The notes beneath the pieces are model-generated. The model was not told the origin of the DNA. It made no database searches and saw only the letters and a list, made by a program, of their open reading frames with translations. DNA of 64,000 nt, taken from contig JABHAT010000007.1 of NCBI GenBank assembly GCA_018674175.1, positions 53,915-117,914 of the forward strand, given 5' to 3'. Numbering within the stretch: position 1 is the stretch's first letter; every line of letters starts with the position of its first letter. This document shows positions 19,870 through 30,622 of the stretch, one piece after another. The translations under genes were made by a program, and so were the position numbers. The stretch is from Gammaproteobacteria bacterium (GTDB taxonomy: Bacteria; Pseudomonadota; Gammaproteobacteria; Poriferisulfidales; GCA-002705445).

Positions 19870-19877
19870 AAAAATTA

Positions 19878-21335
19878 ATGAAACTAAAATATCTTATTAA
19901 TAGTCGAGAGATAAAAGACAAATATATTAATATACTGGGAATAAGCGAGAATAGTAAAGAAATAAAAAAAAATTACATATTTTTTTATAAAAATAAAAAA
20001 AAATTTCATAAAAAATATATACAGGATGCAATAAATAATGGGGCAAAACTAATTATTTATAGTGGCGAACTAATATTTAATATAGAAAAGTATAAAGATC
20101 AATGTCAATTTTATAAAACAAATGATATAAACAAATTAATGTCGATAACAGCAAAAAAATTTTATAATATAGACGATAAAAAGATAAAAATAGTAGGTAT
20201 TACAGGAACAAATGGAAAAAGCACAATAGCAAATTATATTGCGCAATTAATGAAATTTAGAAATGAAAAATGCGGAATAATTGGAACATTGGGTAACGGC
20301 ATTTATCCGTATCTTATAGAAAAAAAATTAACCACACCAAATATTATTGACATAAATCGAAATATATCATTATTTGCTAAAAAAAATACCACTAATTTAG
20401 TAATGGAAGTCTCATCGCATGGAATAAAGCAAAATAGAATTCAAGGCTTAAAATTTGATACAGTGGTATTTTCAAATCTTACTCATGATCATTTGGATTA
20501 TCATAAAACCATGAAAGATTATTATGATACAAAATTAATGTTATTCACGAAATACAAAAGTAAACGAAAGGTTATATGTATTGATAATTACTATGGTAAA
20601 AAAATATATAAACATTTTAAAAATGAAAAAAATATTAAAACAGTATCATTGATAAATAAAAAAGCTAATTATTATTCTACTAATATAAAGTATTGTAAGG
20701 ATGGAATAAAATTTACAATAAATTCAAAATATGGAAGTAGAGAGGTTAAATTAAAATTATATGGAGAATTTACAATAGAAAATATTTTATTAGCAATAGC
20801 TTCTTTAGTGAAGAATAAATTAGAATATAATACGTGTATAAATAATTTATCAAGACTTAAGCCAGTTGAAGGAAGAATGAATAAATTTTATAAAAAGAAA
20901 TTTCCAACAGTTTTTATAGACTTTGCACATACACCAGAAGCAATTAAAAAATTATTAAAATCAATAAAAAAACATTATCCAGATAAAGAAATCATAACAG
21001 TTTTTGGTTGTGGTGGTGATAGAGATACAAAAAAAAGAAAAATTATGGGTAAAATTGTAAGCAAATTTTCAGATGAAGTTATAATAACAAGTGATAATCC
21101 AAGAAATGAAGACCCTGTTAGAATTGCTAATGATATTATTCTTGGGATACCACCAGAAAAAAACTTTGAAATTATTTTAAAAAGAAGTTTGGCAATTAGA
21201 AAATGTTTAAATAAAAATAATTCAGAAAAAATTGCTTTAATATTGGGAAAAGGACATGAGGATTATCAGGATATAAAAAATAAAAAAATTAAACATAAAG
21301 ATAGCATAGAAATTTTAAAAATATTAAATAAATAA
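19878..21335 (+). CDS. murE: UDP-N-acetylmuramoyl-L-alanyl-D-glutamate--2,6-diaminopimelate ligase
   Basis: GITGTNGKST P-loop, plus the DNPR motif (SDNPRNEDP) typical of meso-DAP-adding MurE. I prefer the ATG at 19878 over the ORF-track GTG at 19839, which overlaps the lipoprotein gene. Confidence 0.93.
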   Translation: MKLKYLINSREIKDKYINILGISENSKEIKKNYIFFYKNKKKFHKKYIQDAINNGAKLIIYSGELIFNIEKYKDQCQFYKTNDINKLMSITAKKFYNIDDKKIKIVGITGTNGKSTIANYIAQLMKFRNEKCGIIGTLGNGIYPYLIEKKLTTPNIIDINRNISLFAKKNTTNLVMEVSSHGIKQNRIQGLKFDTVVFSNLTHDHLDYHKTMKDYYDTKLMLFTKYKSKRKVICIDNYYGKKIYKHFKNEKNIKTVSLINKKANYYSTNIKYCKDGIKFTINSKYGSREVKLKLYGEFTIENILLAIASLVKNKLEYNTCINNLSRLKPVEGRMNKFYKKKFPTVFIDFAHTPEAIKKLLKSIKKHYPDKEIITVFGCGGDRDTKKRKIMGKIVSKFSDEVIITSDNPRNEDPVRIANDIILGIPPEKNFEIILKRSLAIRKCLNKNNSEKIALILGKGHEDYQDIKNKKIKHKDSIEILKILNK

Positions 21336-21345
21336 AAAATTAAAT

Positions 21346-22719
21346 ATGTATTTATTATCAGAAATAGCAAATTATATAGGTGGAGATTTACATGGAAAAG
21401 ATAAATTGGTATCGGGCTTTTCTATAGATTCAAGAACAATATTACCCGGAGAAGTTTTTGTATGTATAAAAGGTAAGAACTATGATGGACATAATTTCAT
21501 TAAAGATTGTATAAAAAAATCTTCATGTATTGTATCGTCAAGAAATATTGACGATATTAACTTAAGCGAAAAGTCTTATATTAAAGTAACTGATACACTT
21601 GATGCTTTAAAGAAAACTAGTAAATTTATTCGCAATAAGAGTAAAGCAAAATTTATTGCAATAACTGGCTCTAATGGCAAAACTACCGTTAAGGAGATGG
21701 TGGCTCACATATTATCAGATTACAAAATAAGTTATACAAAAGGAAACTTAAATAACCATATTGGCGTTCCACTAACACTTTTATCTATAAATCAAAATGA
21801 AGACTTCGTAATAGTTGAAGTTGGTTCAAATAATTTAGGTGAAATTGAGCCTCTTTCAGAAATTATACAGCCAGACGTCGCAGCTGTAACAAATATTGGT
21901 TATGCGCATATCGAAGGTTTCAAGAATTTAAGTAATACAGCTAAAGAAAAATTTAGTTTATTTGAGCATTTAAAAGATGATGGATATGCTGTAATTAACA
22001 ACCAAGATAAATTTAAGAATATTACCAAAAAAATAAATAAAATTTATTATGGCTATTCAACTAATTACTATAATAAAATTAAAAAAATAATTAGAAACTT
22101 ATTTTTTAAAACAAGTTTTTTAACAATAAAAAAAACTAAAAAAAATTTGTTTACAATAGAATATGAAAATATTAATGAATCTTTGAAATTAAATCTTAAC
22201 GGTGATCATAATTTCTTAAATGCTGCTTGCGCAGCCTCCATAGCAATTTCTTTAGGAATTAATATAGAAGATATTAAAAAAAAATTAGAGACATTTTCGG
22301 CTGTAACATCGAGGCTAAAATTAATCAAACTAAAAAGCGATATTAATATAATAGATGATTCCTATAATGCCAATCCAAGTTCATTTGAAGCTGCAATAAA
22401 TTTTTTATCAACAGTAGATCAAAAAAAATTGGTTTTAATGGGTGATATGGTAGAGTTAGGAGAGAAAGCTGAGCAGTTTCATTCTGGTATTGGAAAATAT
22501 GCTAAAGATATGGGTATTAATAAATTTTTGAGCATTGGAAAAAATAGTAAATTTGCATCAGATGTATTTGGTTTAAATGGTTTTCATTTTAAAAATGCTG
22601 AAAGCTTAAAATCATACTTAAATAATAATCTAGAGTCTTCAACATGTATTCTTATTAAGGGCTCCAGATCATCAAAATTAGAAGAGTATGTAGAATTCTT
22701 GAAAACTAGGAGTTATTAA
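21346..22719 (+). CDS. murF: UDP-N-acetylmuramoyl-tripeptide--D-alanyl-D-alanine ligase
   Basis: Mur ligase P-loop ITGSNGKTT and DDSYNANPSS. Position in the dcw cluster fits. Confidence 0.93.
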   Translation: MYLLSEIANYIGGDLHGKDKLVSGFSIDSRTILPGEVFVCIKGKNYDGHNFIKDCIKKSSCIVSSRNIDDINLSEKSYIKVTDTLDALKKTSKFIRNKSKAKFIAITGSNGKTTVKEMVAHILSDYKISYTKGNLNNHIGVPLTLLSINQNEDFVIVEVGSNNLGEIEPLSEIIQPDVAAVTNIGYAHIEGFKNLSNTAKEKFSLFEHLKDDGYAVINNQDKFKNITKKINKIYYGYSTNYYNKIKKIIRNLFFKTSFLTIKKTKKNLFTIEYENINESLKLNLNGDHNFLNAACAASIAISLGINIEDIKKKLETFSAVTSRLKLIKLKSDINIIDDSYNANPSSFEAAINFLSTVDQKKLVLMGDMVELGEKAEQFHSGIGKYAKDMGINKFLSIGKNSKFASDVFGLNGFHFKNAESLKSYLNNNLESSTCILIKGSRSSKLEEYVEFLKTRSY

Positions 22720-22721
22720 TA

Positions 22722-23801
22722 ATGTTCTTATATTTATTAGATTTTCTAAGTAGTTATAATTCCAATTTTTTGGTCTTTGAATATATAACTTTAAGAGCGA
22801 TATTAAGTATAATTACTGCTCTTTTAATATCATTGTTACTTGGTCCATACATTATCAATAAGTTTTCAATTAATAATTTGTCAGAAGTGATTAGAGACGA
22901 CGGTCCAAGTTCTCATTTCAATAAGTCAGGTACACCAACTATGGGTGGTTTATTGATTTTATCTTCGCTGACAATAACTACATTATTATGGGCAAATTTA
23001 GAAAATAAATATATTTTATATTTAATCTTTATAACTTTATCTTTTGGAGTAATTGGTTTTTTTGATGATTATAAAAAATTAAAAGGTAATAAAAATGGAA
23101 TGTCTGCTAGGGCAAAATTTATTTTTCAGATAATAATTGCAGGATTTTTATCTTTTATGATGTTCAATAATATTGAAACACAACAGGAGCAACAATTTAT
23201 AATACCATTTTTTAAGCATATAATTTTTGACTTGGGCTTATATTTTATTCCTCTAACAATATTAGTTATTGTAGCAACTAGTAATGCTGTTAACTTGACT
23301 GATGGCTTAGATGGTCTTGCAATTATGCCAATAGTATTGGTAAGTGGTGCATTTGGAATATTTGCGTACCTAAGTGGAAACATAAATTTTTCAGAATATC
23401 TTTTGATTCCATATATAAAAGATTCTAGTGAAATAACTATTTTTATAGGTGCTATAGTTGGTTCTGGATTAGGATTTCTGTGGTTTAATACCTATCCTGC
23501 GCAAGTTTTTATGGGTGATGTAGGAGCATTGGCACTTGGCGCAGCAATTGGCCTAATAGCCGTGATAGTAAGGCAAGAAGTAGTTTTAATCATCATGGGT
23601 GGAATATTTGTATTAGAGGCATTATCAGTAATAATTCAAGTTTTATCGTTTAAATATAGGAAGAAAAGAGTTTTTTTAATGGCACCATTTCATCATCATT
23701 TTGAGCAAAAAGGATGGGCGGAACCAAAAGTTGTTGTTAGATTTTGGATTATAAGTTTTATACTTATTTTGATTGGTTTAGCTACATTAAAATTAAGATA
23801 A
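22722..23801 (+). CDS. mraY: phospho-N-acetylmuramoyl-pentapeptide transferase
   Basis: Polytopic membrane protein with NAVNLTDGLDGLA, FMGDVGALALG and APFHHHFE. Confidence 0.95.
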   Translation: MFLYLLDFLSSYNSNFLVFEYITLRAILSIITALLISLLLGPYIINKFSINNLSEVIRDDGPSSHFNKSGTPTMGGLLILSSLTITTLLWANLENKYILYLIFITLSFGVIGFFDDYKKLKGNKNGMSARAKFIFQIIIAGFLSFMMFNNIETQQEQQFIIPFFKHIIFDLGLYFIPLTILVIVATSNAVNLTDGLDGLAIMPIVLVSGAFGIFAYLSGNINFSEYLLIPYIKDSSEITIFIGAIVGSGLGFLWFNTYPAQVFMGDVGALALGAAIGLIAVIVRQEVVLIIMGGIFVLEALSVIIQVLSFKYRKKRVFLMAPFHHHFEQKGWAEPKVVVRFWIISFILILIGLATLKLR

Positions 23802-23814
23802 AACTAATAAACCT

Positions 23815-25164
23815 ATGATAAATAGTAATTTACCAATAGCAATAATAGGACTTGGAAAAACAGGTCTTTCAGTTGCCAAATATTTGAAAAAAAATGATAA
23901 AGAATTTCTATGTTATGACACTAGATCAAAGCTTAAAATTACGAAAGAAATAAAAAAATATATAAATGAAAAAAATATAATTTTAGGTGAATTCAAAGAA
24001 TCTTATGTTGAAAATCATGATAATTTTATAATTAGTCCTGGAATAAATCTTAGTAGCTATCTTCTAAGTGAAATAAAACGTAAAGGAAAAAATATACAAA
24101 CAGATATAGATATATTTAATGAAAAAAAAAGAAATAATGTGATATGTATAACAGGTTCAAATGGAAAAACTACAGTAACACTAATAATAGAATACATACT
24201 AAAGGGCCTAGGTAAGAATGCAAAAGCAGGAGGTAATATTGGACTACCTGCCCTAGAATTGTTAGAAAATAATTATGAGTACAATATTTTAGAATTATCA
24301 AGTTTTCAGCTAGAAATGACAAAGGAAATAGTTAGTAGATCATCTTTAATTACGAACATAACTCCCGATCACTTGGATAGACATAAAACTTTTGAAAATT
24401 ATGCAAATATTAAGCACAAGATATTTAAAAACTCCTGTAATATTATAGTAAATTTATCAGACGAAAATATAAGAAAAGAAGAATTAATATATAAATATTC
24501 ATTTGGTGTTAAGAAAGAAAATAATAATAGTGGATTCTTAGTAGGTACTGAAAATGGTGTAAGCTATATTTATAAAAACCAAAAAAAATTAATTAGTGAA
24601 AAAGATATTCTTCTTATTGGTAATCATAATCTTATTAACATATGTGCAGCATTAGCTGTCATAGATTCTTTAAATCTAAATATCGAAAAATCAATTAATA
24701 TTATAAAAAACTTCAAAAGTATTGAGCATAGAATGGAGAATTTTTACAAATCTGAAAATCTTATCTGGATAAATGACTCTAAATCTACCAATATAGATTC
24801 TACAATCTCAGCTGTTAGATCATTAAAAGATAAAGTAATTTTAATACTAGGTGGTAGGTCAAAAACAAATGACTATAAGAAGCTTGAGTCAGCAATCTAT
24901 AATAATGTAGAGACTTTAATATTATTTGGTGAATGTAAAAAACTTCTGAAAGAAAATATTAAGTCTGTGAAAAAAACTATAATTGCTGAAGATTTAAACG
25001 AAGCAATAAATATTTCAAGAGAATGTGCAGACAATATAGGCAAAACTCATGATGGTAATATTAATATAATCTTATCGCCAGCATGCTCAAGCTTTGATAT
25101 GTTTATTTCATATGAAGAAAGAGGTAATTTTTTTAAAAAAAGTGTTTTAAATACATATAGGTAG
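23815..25164 (+). CDS. murD: UDP-N-acetylmuramoylalanine--D-glutamate ligase
   Basis: N-terminal Rossmann IIGLGKTGLS and P-loop ITGSNGKTT. Position in the dcw cluster fits. Confidence 0.93.
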   Translation: MINSNLPIAIIGLGKTGLSVAKYLKKNDKEFLCYDTRSKLKITKEIKKYINEKNIILGEFKESYVENHDNFIISPGINLSSYLLSEIKRKGKNIQTDIDIFNEKKRNNVICITGSNGKTTVTLIIEYILKGLGKNAKAGGNIGLPALELLENNYEYNILELSSFQLEMTKEIVSRSSLITNITPDHLDRHKTFENYANIKHKIFKNSCNIIVNLSDENIRKEELIYKYSFGVKKENNNSGFLVGTENGVSYIYKNQKKLISEKDILLIGNHNLINICAALAVIDSLNLNIEKSINIIKNFKSIEHRMENFYKSENLIWINDSKSTNIDSTISAVRSLKDKVILILGGRSKTNDYKKLESAIYNNVETLILFGECKKLLKENIKSVKKTIIAEDLNEAINISRECADNIGKTHDGNINIILSPACSSFDMFISYEERGNFFKKSVLNTYR

Positions 25165-25168
25165 AAAT

Positions 25169-26317
25169 ATGTCATCTAAAAGTAAAAACGACTTAATTAA
25201 TATAATTAAACCTTTTTTTGATTTAAACTTTTTTTTTATAGTAATTGCAATTATCTTATTTGGCTTACTCATGTTGTGGTCTGCTTCTATAGAGCTATCG
25301 TCAAATAATTTTGAAGGTAATCCGTTTCATTATCTTTTTAGGCAAGTTATTTATTTATTTTTTAGTTTATTTATATGTTCTTTTTTTTTATATATAAGTA
25401 CTGAATTTTTAAAAAAAAATTATTTTGTACTACTTATTTTTTTTCTCTTTTCATTGCTTTTAGTTAATTTAAATATATTTACAAAAGAAGCTGGCGGTAG
25501 TGCGCGATGGCTAACCTTTGCGGGTTATCAAATTCAACCATCAGAATTTTTTAAATTATTTTATATAGTTTGGTTATGTGCATTTTTAGATTATAAAAAA
25601 AATAGTATAAGGAGATTAGATATTTTTATTATCCCCTTTATTTGGTTTTCTGTAAGTGCAGTTTTACTTATTAAGCAGCCTGACTTTGGATCTACTGCTG
25701 TATTATTTTTTATGACACTACTATTACTTTTTATTGCAAAAGCAAAATTTGTGCATATTTTCTTTGCTGGTTTATTTGGATCTCTAGCAGGATCAGTTAT
25801 TCTTTTAATGAATCCTTATATGCTTGCTAGATTTAATTTTTTAAAACCATGTGATAATGATGGATACCAGTTGTGTTACTCATTAATGGCAATTGGAAGT
25901 GGTGGTATTTTTGGGAAAGGTCTTGGTGCTAGTACCTCAAAATTATTTTTTTTACCTGCAGCACATACGGATTTTATATTTGCAGTTTTGGTAGAAGAAT
26001 TAGGTATATTTGGTATTGTTCTAATAATAACTCTCTTTTATTTATTTATTAGGAAATGTTTTTTTATTGGAGACAGAGCTATTAGAGTTGGTTTAATATT
26101 TCAAGGATACTTAGCATATGGAATTGGTATGTTTATCACTATGCAAGTTCTTTTAAGCATGGCTGTTAACCTTGGAATGACTCCCACAAAAGGCCTAGCT
26201 TTACCTTTATTTAGTTATGGTGGAAGTAATTATTTAGTTTCTATATTATCAATAACTATAATGTTTAGAATATATAGAGATGTATATAAAAAAAGCATAA
26301 ACAGTTCAATTAGGTAA
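25169..26317 (+). CDS. ftsW: SEDS peptidoglycan glycosyltransferase FtsW
   Basis: 382-aa polytopic SEDS protein (QPSEFFKL, PDFGSTAV, LPAAHTDFIFAV). Lies between murD and murG. Confidence 0.9.
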   Translation: MSSKSKNDLINIIKPFFDLNFFFIVIAIILFGLLMLWSASIELSSNNFEGNPFHYLFRQVIYLFFSLFICSFFLYISTEFLKKNYFVLLIFFLFSLLLVNLNIFTKEAGGSARWLTFAGYQIQPSEFFKLFYIVWLCAFLDYKKNSIRRLDIFIIPFIWFSVSAVLLIKQPDFGSTAVLFFMTLLLLFIAKAKFVHIFFAGLFGSLAGSVILLMNPYMLARFNFLKPCDNDGYQLCYSLMAIGSGGIFGKGLGASTSKLFFLPAAHTDFIFAVLVEELGIFGIVLIITLFYLFIRKCFFIGDRAIRVGLIFQGYLAYGIGMFITMQVLLSMAVNLGMTPTKGLALPLFSYGGSNYLVSILSITIMFRIYRDVYKKSINSSIR

Positions 26318-26329
26318 TCTATATTATTT

Positions 26330-27424
26330 ATGAGTACTATTAAGAAGAAAATAGCAATTTTTGCAGCAGGCACGGGAGGGCACGTTTATCCAGGTTTATC
26401 AATTGCGAAAGAACTAATGAATAAGGGTATTACCGTTTTATGGATTGGAACAAAAAATGGTATAGAAAAAAAAATTATAGAAGATACAAATATTCCTATT
26501 AAGTACATAAATTTTTCTGGAATTAGAGGCAATGGGCTACTTGCATATATAAAGCTTCCGATAAAATTATTAGTAGCAATATTCCAAGCAATAATAATAT
26601 TAAGAGAATATAGGGCTAACGCTGTATTATCTATGGGTGGATATATTAGTTTTCCATGTTCCATAGCATCATTTTTTTTAAGAATTCCGATTATTATTCA
26701 CGAGCAAAATATTATTTTTGGAATGACAAATAATATACTAAGATTTCTTTCAAAAACAGTATTATTAGGATTTCCAATGGATAATAAGAGCAATAAATAT
26801 AAGTTTTTAGGAAACCCAACAAGATATGAAGATAAAAAAACTAATAAAAAAGAATATCAAGATAATATTTTTAATATATTAGTTGTTGGAGGAAGTTTGG
26901 GAGCAAAAGTATTTAATGAAGTGGTGCCAAAAGCAATTTTTGGATTAAAAAAAATTACAGATTATGAAATTAATGTAATTCATCAAACTGGAAAGACATA
27001 TGAGGTTGCTCAAATTCAGTATAAAAATTTTGATGTGAACATTGATTTAAGAGAATATATTGATTCAATGAAAGAGGTTTATAGTTGGTGTGATATTGTA
27101 ATTTGTAGAGGCGGAGCAATAACAATTACAGAACTAATGAATTTTGGTTTAACATCTATTATAGTTCCGTATCCATATGCTGTTGATGATCATCAAAGAA
27201 AGAATTGTGATTATCTTGAAAATAATAATGCAGCAATAGTAATAAATCAAAAAAATTTCACTCACGAGCACTTAACAACTGTTTTTAAAACTTTAATAGA
27301 TAATAGAAATTTAGCTAAGTCTATATCAGATAATATTAGTAAATTAAATAAAAAAAATTCAACAAATAATATATGCCAAGAAATTATTACAAAAATAAGA
27401 GGTAACGATACTTATGAAAAGTGA
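26330..27424 (+). CDS. murG: undecaprenyldiphospho-muramoylpentapeptide beta-N-acetylglucosaminyltransferase
   Basis: N-terminal AAGTGGHVYPGLSIA and C-terminal domain CRGGAITITEL. Confidence 0.93.
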   Translation: MSTIKKKIAIFAAGTGGHVYPGLSIAKELMNKGITVLWIGTKNGIEKKIIEDTNIPIKYINFSGIRGNGLLAYIKLPIKLLVAIFQAIIILREYRANAVLSMGGYISFPCSIASFFLRIPIIIHEQNIIFGMTNNILRFLSKTVLLGFPMDNKSNKYKFLGNPTRYEDKKTNKKEYQDNIFNILVVGGSLGAKVFNEVVPKAIFGLKKITDYEINVIHQTGKTYEVAQIQYKNFDVNIDLREYIDSMKEVYSWCDIVICRGGAITITELMNFGLTSIIVPYPYAVDDHQRKNCDYLENNNAAIVINQKNFTHEHLTTVFKTLIDNRNLAKSISDNISKLNKKNSTNNICQEIITKIRGNDTYEK

Positions 27425-28814
27425 TTTAAAAAATAAAATTATGATGAGAGTTAAAAATATTCATTTTATTGGTATTGGCGGAAGTGGGATGTCTGGTATT
27501 GCATCAATATTAAGTGATCTTGGTTACAAAGTCTCAGGATCAGATATAAATTCTTCAAAAACTACAGATTTACTTAAGAAAAAAAATATTAAAATTTCAA
27601 TAGGGCATAAAAAAGACAATATCTTATCAAAAGACGTTGTAATAATTTCTAGTGCTGTAAAGAATGATAATGTTGAATATAAGTATGCCAAACAATTAAA
27701 TATTCCAATTATTAAAAGAGCTGAAATGTTAGCAGAATTAATGAGATTTAGTTATGGTATAGCGGTTGCAGGTACTCACGGAAAAACATCTACCACATCA
27801 ATTCTATCGCATATACTAAATGAGGCTAGCTATGACCCAACATATATTATTGGTGGGAAAATAATTAATTCTAGTAATGCAAGATTAGGATCTAGTGATT
27901 ATTTGGTAGCAGAAGCTGATGAAAGTGACGCATCTTTCTTACACTTGCAGCCACTAATGTCAGTCATAACTAATATTGATAAAGATCATCTAGAGAACCA
28001 TGAAAATAGCTTTGATGTTCTGAAGAAGAATTTTTTAGAATTTATAAATAATTTACCATTTTACGGTTTATGTTTAATTAATATGAATGATATAAATACA
28101 AGATCCATTATAAATAAAATTTCTAGGCCAGTAAAAACATTTGGAATTAATACTAATGCTGATTACGTTGCAAATGAAATTAATCTGAATGTTATGCCTG
28201 CTACATACCTTTATAAGGAAGATGGGAAAGAATATGAAATTAAAATAAATATGCCAGGGCAACACAACATAATGAATTCACTAGCAGCGCTTGCTGTATC
28301 AAGAGAATTAAATGTTCCTATTAAAATAATTCAAAAAGCCTTGATTAACTTTCCTGGTATTAAAAGAAGATTTGAAATAATTGGTAATTTTAATCTTAAT
28401 AAAAATTTTTTTTTATGGATTGATGACTATGGTCATCATCCAACAGAAATAGAAGAAGTTTTAAAGACTATAAAAAATGTATGGGAAAATAGGCGCGTAA
28501 TAATGATTTTTCAACCTCACAGATATTCAAGAACAGCAGAACATTTTAATCAATTTGTTGATATTCTAAAAAAAGTTGATAATTTAATATTGATGGAAAT
28601 ATATGCTGCAAACGAAAAACCAATTGATAATATTAGCTCTGAAGCAATTTCTTTGGAAATTAAAAAATATAATAACAATGTATTGTTAATAAACAATAAC
28701 GAGGATTTAGCAAAGTCTTTAGATGATATTATAGAGGAAAATGATATTTTATTGACAATGGGCGCAGGAAATATATCACAATTTGTAAATTATTATAAAG
28801 AGATAATACAGTGA
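27414..28814 (+). CDS. murC: UDP-N-acetylmuramate--L-alanine ligase
   Basis: HFIGIGGSGMSGIA and AGTHGKTSTTS. Overlaps murG by 11 nt. Confidence 0.95.
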   Translation: MKSDLKNKIMMRVKNIHFIGIGGSGMSGIASILSDLGYKVSGSDINSSKTTDLLKKKNIKISIGHKKDNILSKDVVIISSAVKNDNVEYKYAKQLNIPIIKRAEMLAELMRFSYGIAVAGTHGKTSTTSILSHILNEASYDPTYIIGGKIINSSNARLGSSDYLVAEADESDASFLHLQPLMSVITNIDKDHLENHENSFDVLKKNFLEFINNLPFYGLCLINMNDINTRSIINKISRPVKTFGINTNADYVANEINLNVMPATYLYKEDGKEYEIKINMPGQHNIMNSLAALAVSRELNVPIKIIQKALINFPGIKRRFEIIGNFNLNKNFFLWIDDYGHHPTEIEEVLKTIKNVWENRRVIMIFQPHRYSRTAEHFNQFVDILKKVDNLILMEIYAANEKPIDNISSEAISLEIKKYNNNVLLINNNEDLAKSLDDIIEENDILLTMGAGNISQFVNYYKEIIQ

Positions 28815-29710
28815 TAAATTTAAAAAATATTAGAAAAAAAATTGAAGGAAATATAGAAGAAAATAAATCTTCAAAGAACTATAACACCTGGAAAGTTGGT
28901 GGTAATGCTGAATATTTTTATGAACCAAAAAATGTAAAAGAACTTAAAATATTTTTAAAATTAGCGAAGGACACTGAAATAACGTTTTTAGGTAACGGGA
29001 GCAATGTTTTAATAAGAGATAAAGGCATAAAAGGCTGTGTTATATGCTTAAAAAATACATTTAATAATTATGAGGTAAATAAAAATAATGAGTTTTCTTT
29101 TGAAGCTGGACTATCATGTATGAAAATTGCACAAATTACATCTAAAAGAAATTATACTGGATTAGAATTTTTATGTGGAATACCAGGATCTTTAGGAGGT
29201 GCATTAGCAATGAACGCAGGTTGCTATGGAGGCAACATATGGGAAAAAGTAATAAAGGTTAATCTAATAAATAAGGATGGAAAAATAATAGAAAAAGACA
29301 AAAAAGATTTTTCTATTGGTTACAGAAACGTTAATCTAAACGAAAATAATTTTTTTATAAGTGCAAGTTTTTTATTGCAAGAAAACCCTCTAAATAATTC
29401 ATTAGACACAATAAAAAACTATCTGAAAGATAGAAGGAGTAAACAGCCAACGGGTTTACCTAGCTGTGGATCGGTATTTAAAAATCCAGATAATGCTCAT
29501 GCTGCAAACTTAATCGATTCTCTGGGATTAAAAGGCTATAAAATTGGCGGTGCATATATTTCAAAAAAACATGCAAATTTTATTATTTCAGATAATGGAA
29601 CAAAATCATCAGATATAGAGTCTCTAATTATTTTTGTTCAAAAAAAAGTTTATGAAGAGAAAAAAATATTTTTAGAAACAGAAGTAAAATTTATTGGTAG
29701 TAAACTATGA
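28811..29710 (+). CDS. murB: UDP-N-acetylenolpyruvoylglucosamine reductase
   Basis: 299-aa FAD-binding domain protein (TWKVGGNAEYF, LGNGSNVLI, PSCGSVFKNP). Confidence 0.92.
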   Translation: MINLKNIRKKIEGNIEENKSSKNYNTWKVGGNAEYFYEPKNVKELKIFLKLAKDTEITFLGNGSNVLIRDKGIKGCVICLKNTFNNYEVNKNNEFSFEAGLSCMKIAQITSKRNYTGLEFLCGIPGSLGGALAMNAGCYGGNIWEKVIKVNLINKDGKIIEKDKKDFSIGYRNVNLNENNFFISASFLLQENPLNNSLDTIKNYLKDRRSKQPTGLPSCGSVFKNPDNAHAANLIDSLGLKGYKIGGAYISKKHANFIISDNGTKSSDIESLIIFVQKKVYEEKKIFLETEVKFIGSKL

Positions 29711-30618
29711 AAAGAGATTATGGAAAAATTATGGTTCTAATGGGAGGTTGGTCAAACGAAAGAGAAATTTCTTTAATTTCTGGAGAATCTGTATTTAATT
29801 CTCTTGTTGCTTCCAAGCTTGATGTTATTAAGTTAGATTTAAATAAAGATAACATAGGTAAGATTAAAGGATTAAACCCTGATAGAATTTTTATAGTATT
29901 ACATGGTAAGGGTGGTGAAGATGGAGAAATACAACTCCATTTAGAAAATCTAGGAATACCATATACAGGAAGCGGTAGTGAATCTTCCAAAGTATGTATG
30001 AATAAAAAAACTACAAAAAAAATATTACTAGAAAATAATATACGAACACCTAGTTATATAAAAATATCTAAGAGTACTAACATTAAAGATATAGAAAATT
30101 CTTTCCACTATCCTTTTGTTGTAAAACCAACATCAGAAGGTTCGAGTATAGGAGTATATGTTGTTGAGGATAGAATGAGCTGTAAAGTAGCAATAAATGA
30201 AAATATGAAAATAAGTAATGACGTAATTGTAGAAGAGTATATAGCCGGTAAAGAATATACTGTAGGTATAGTAAATAATAATGCTCTTCCAGTAATAAAA
30301 TTAATTCCTCCTGGCAAATTTTATGATTTTGAAGCTAAATATAATTCAAAAGAAACGCAGTATATATGTCCATCTGGGTTAGATCAGAATACTGAGGAAG
30401 AAATTAAAAAATTATCTTTAAATTGTTTTAGCTTGCTAAATTGTAGGGGCTGGGGAAGGGTAGATTTAATTATAGATGAGCAAAATAAGCCATGGATAAT
30501 AGAATTAAATACCGTGCCAGGAATGACAGAACATAGTTTGGTTCCTATGGCAGCAAATCATAGAAATATAAACTTCAATGAATTGGTTCTAAAAATACTT
30601 GATACAACATTTGAATAA
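29707..30618 (+). CDS. ddl: D-alanine--D-alanine ligase
   Basis: ATP-grasp fold with LHGKGGEDGEIQ, PTSEGSSIGV and IELNTVPGMT. Confidence 0.95.
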   Translation: MKRDYGKIMVLMGGWSNEREISLISGESVFNSLVASKLDVIKLDLNKDNIGKIKGLNPDRIFIVLHGKGGEDGEIQLHLENLGIPYTGSGSESSKVCMNKKTTKKILLENNIRTPSYIKISKSTNIKDIENSFHYPFVVKPTSEGSSIGVYVVEDRMSCKVAINENMKISNDVIVEEYIAGKEYTVGIVNNNALPVIKLIPPGKFYDFEAKYNSKETQYICPSGLDQNTEEEIKKLSLNCFSLLNCRGWGRVDLIIDEQNKPWIIELNTVPGMTEHSLVPMAANHRNINFNELVLKILDTTFE

Positions 30619-30622
30619 AATT

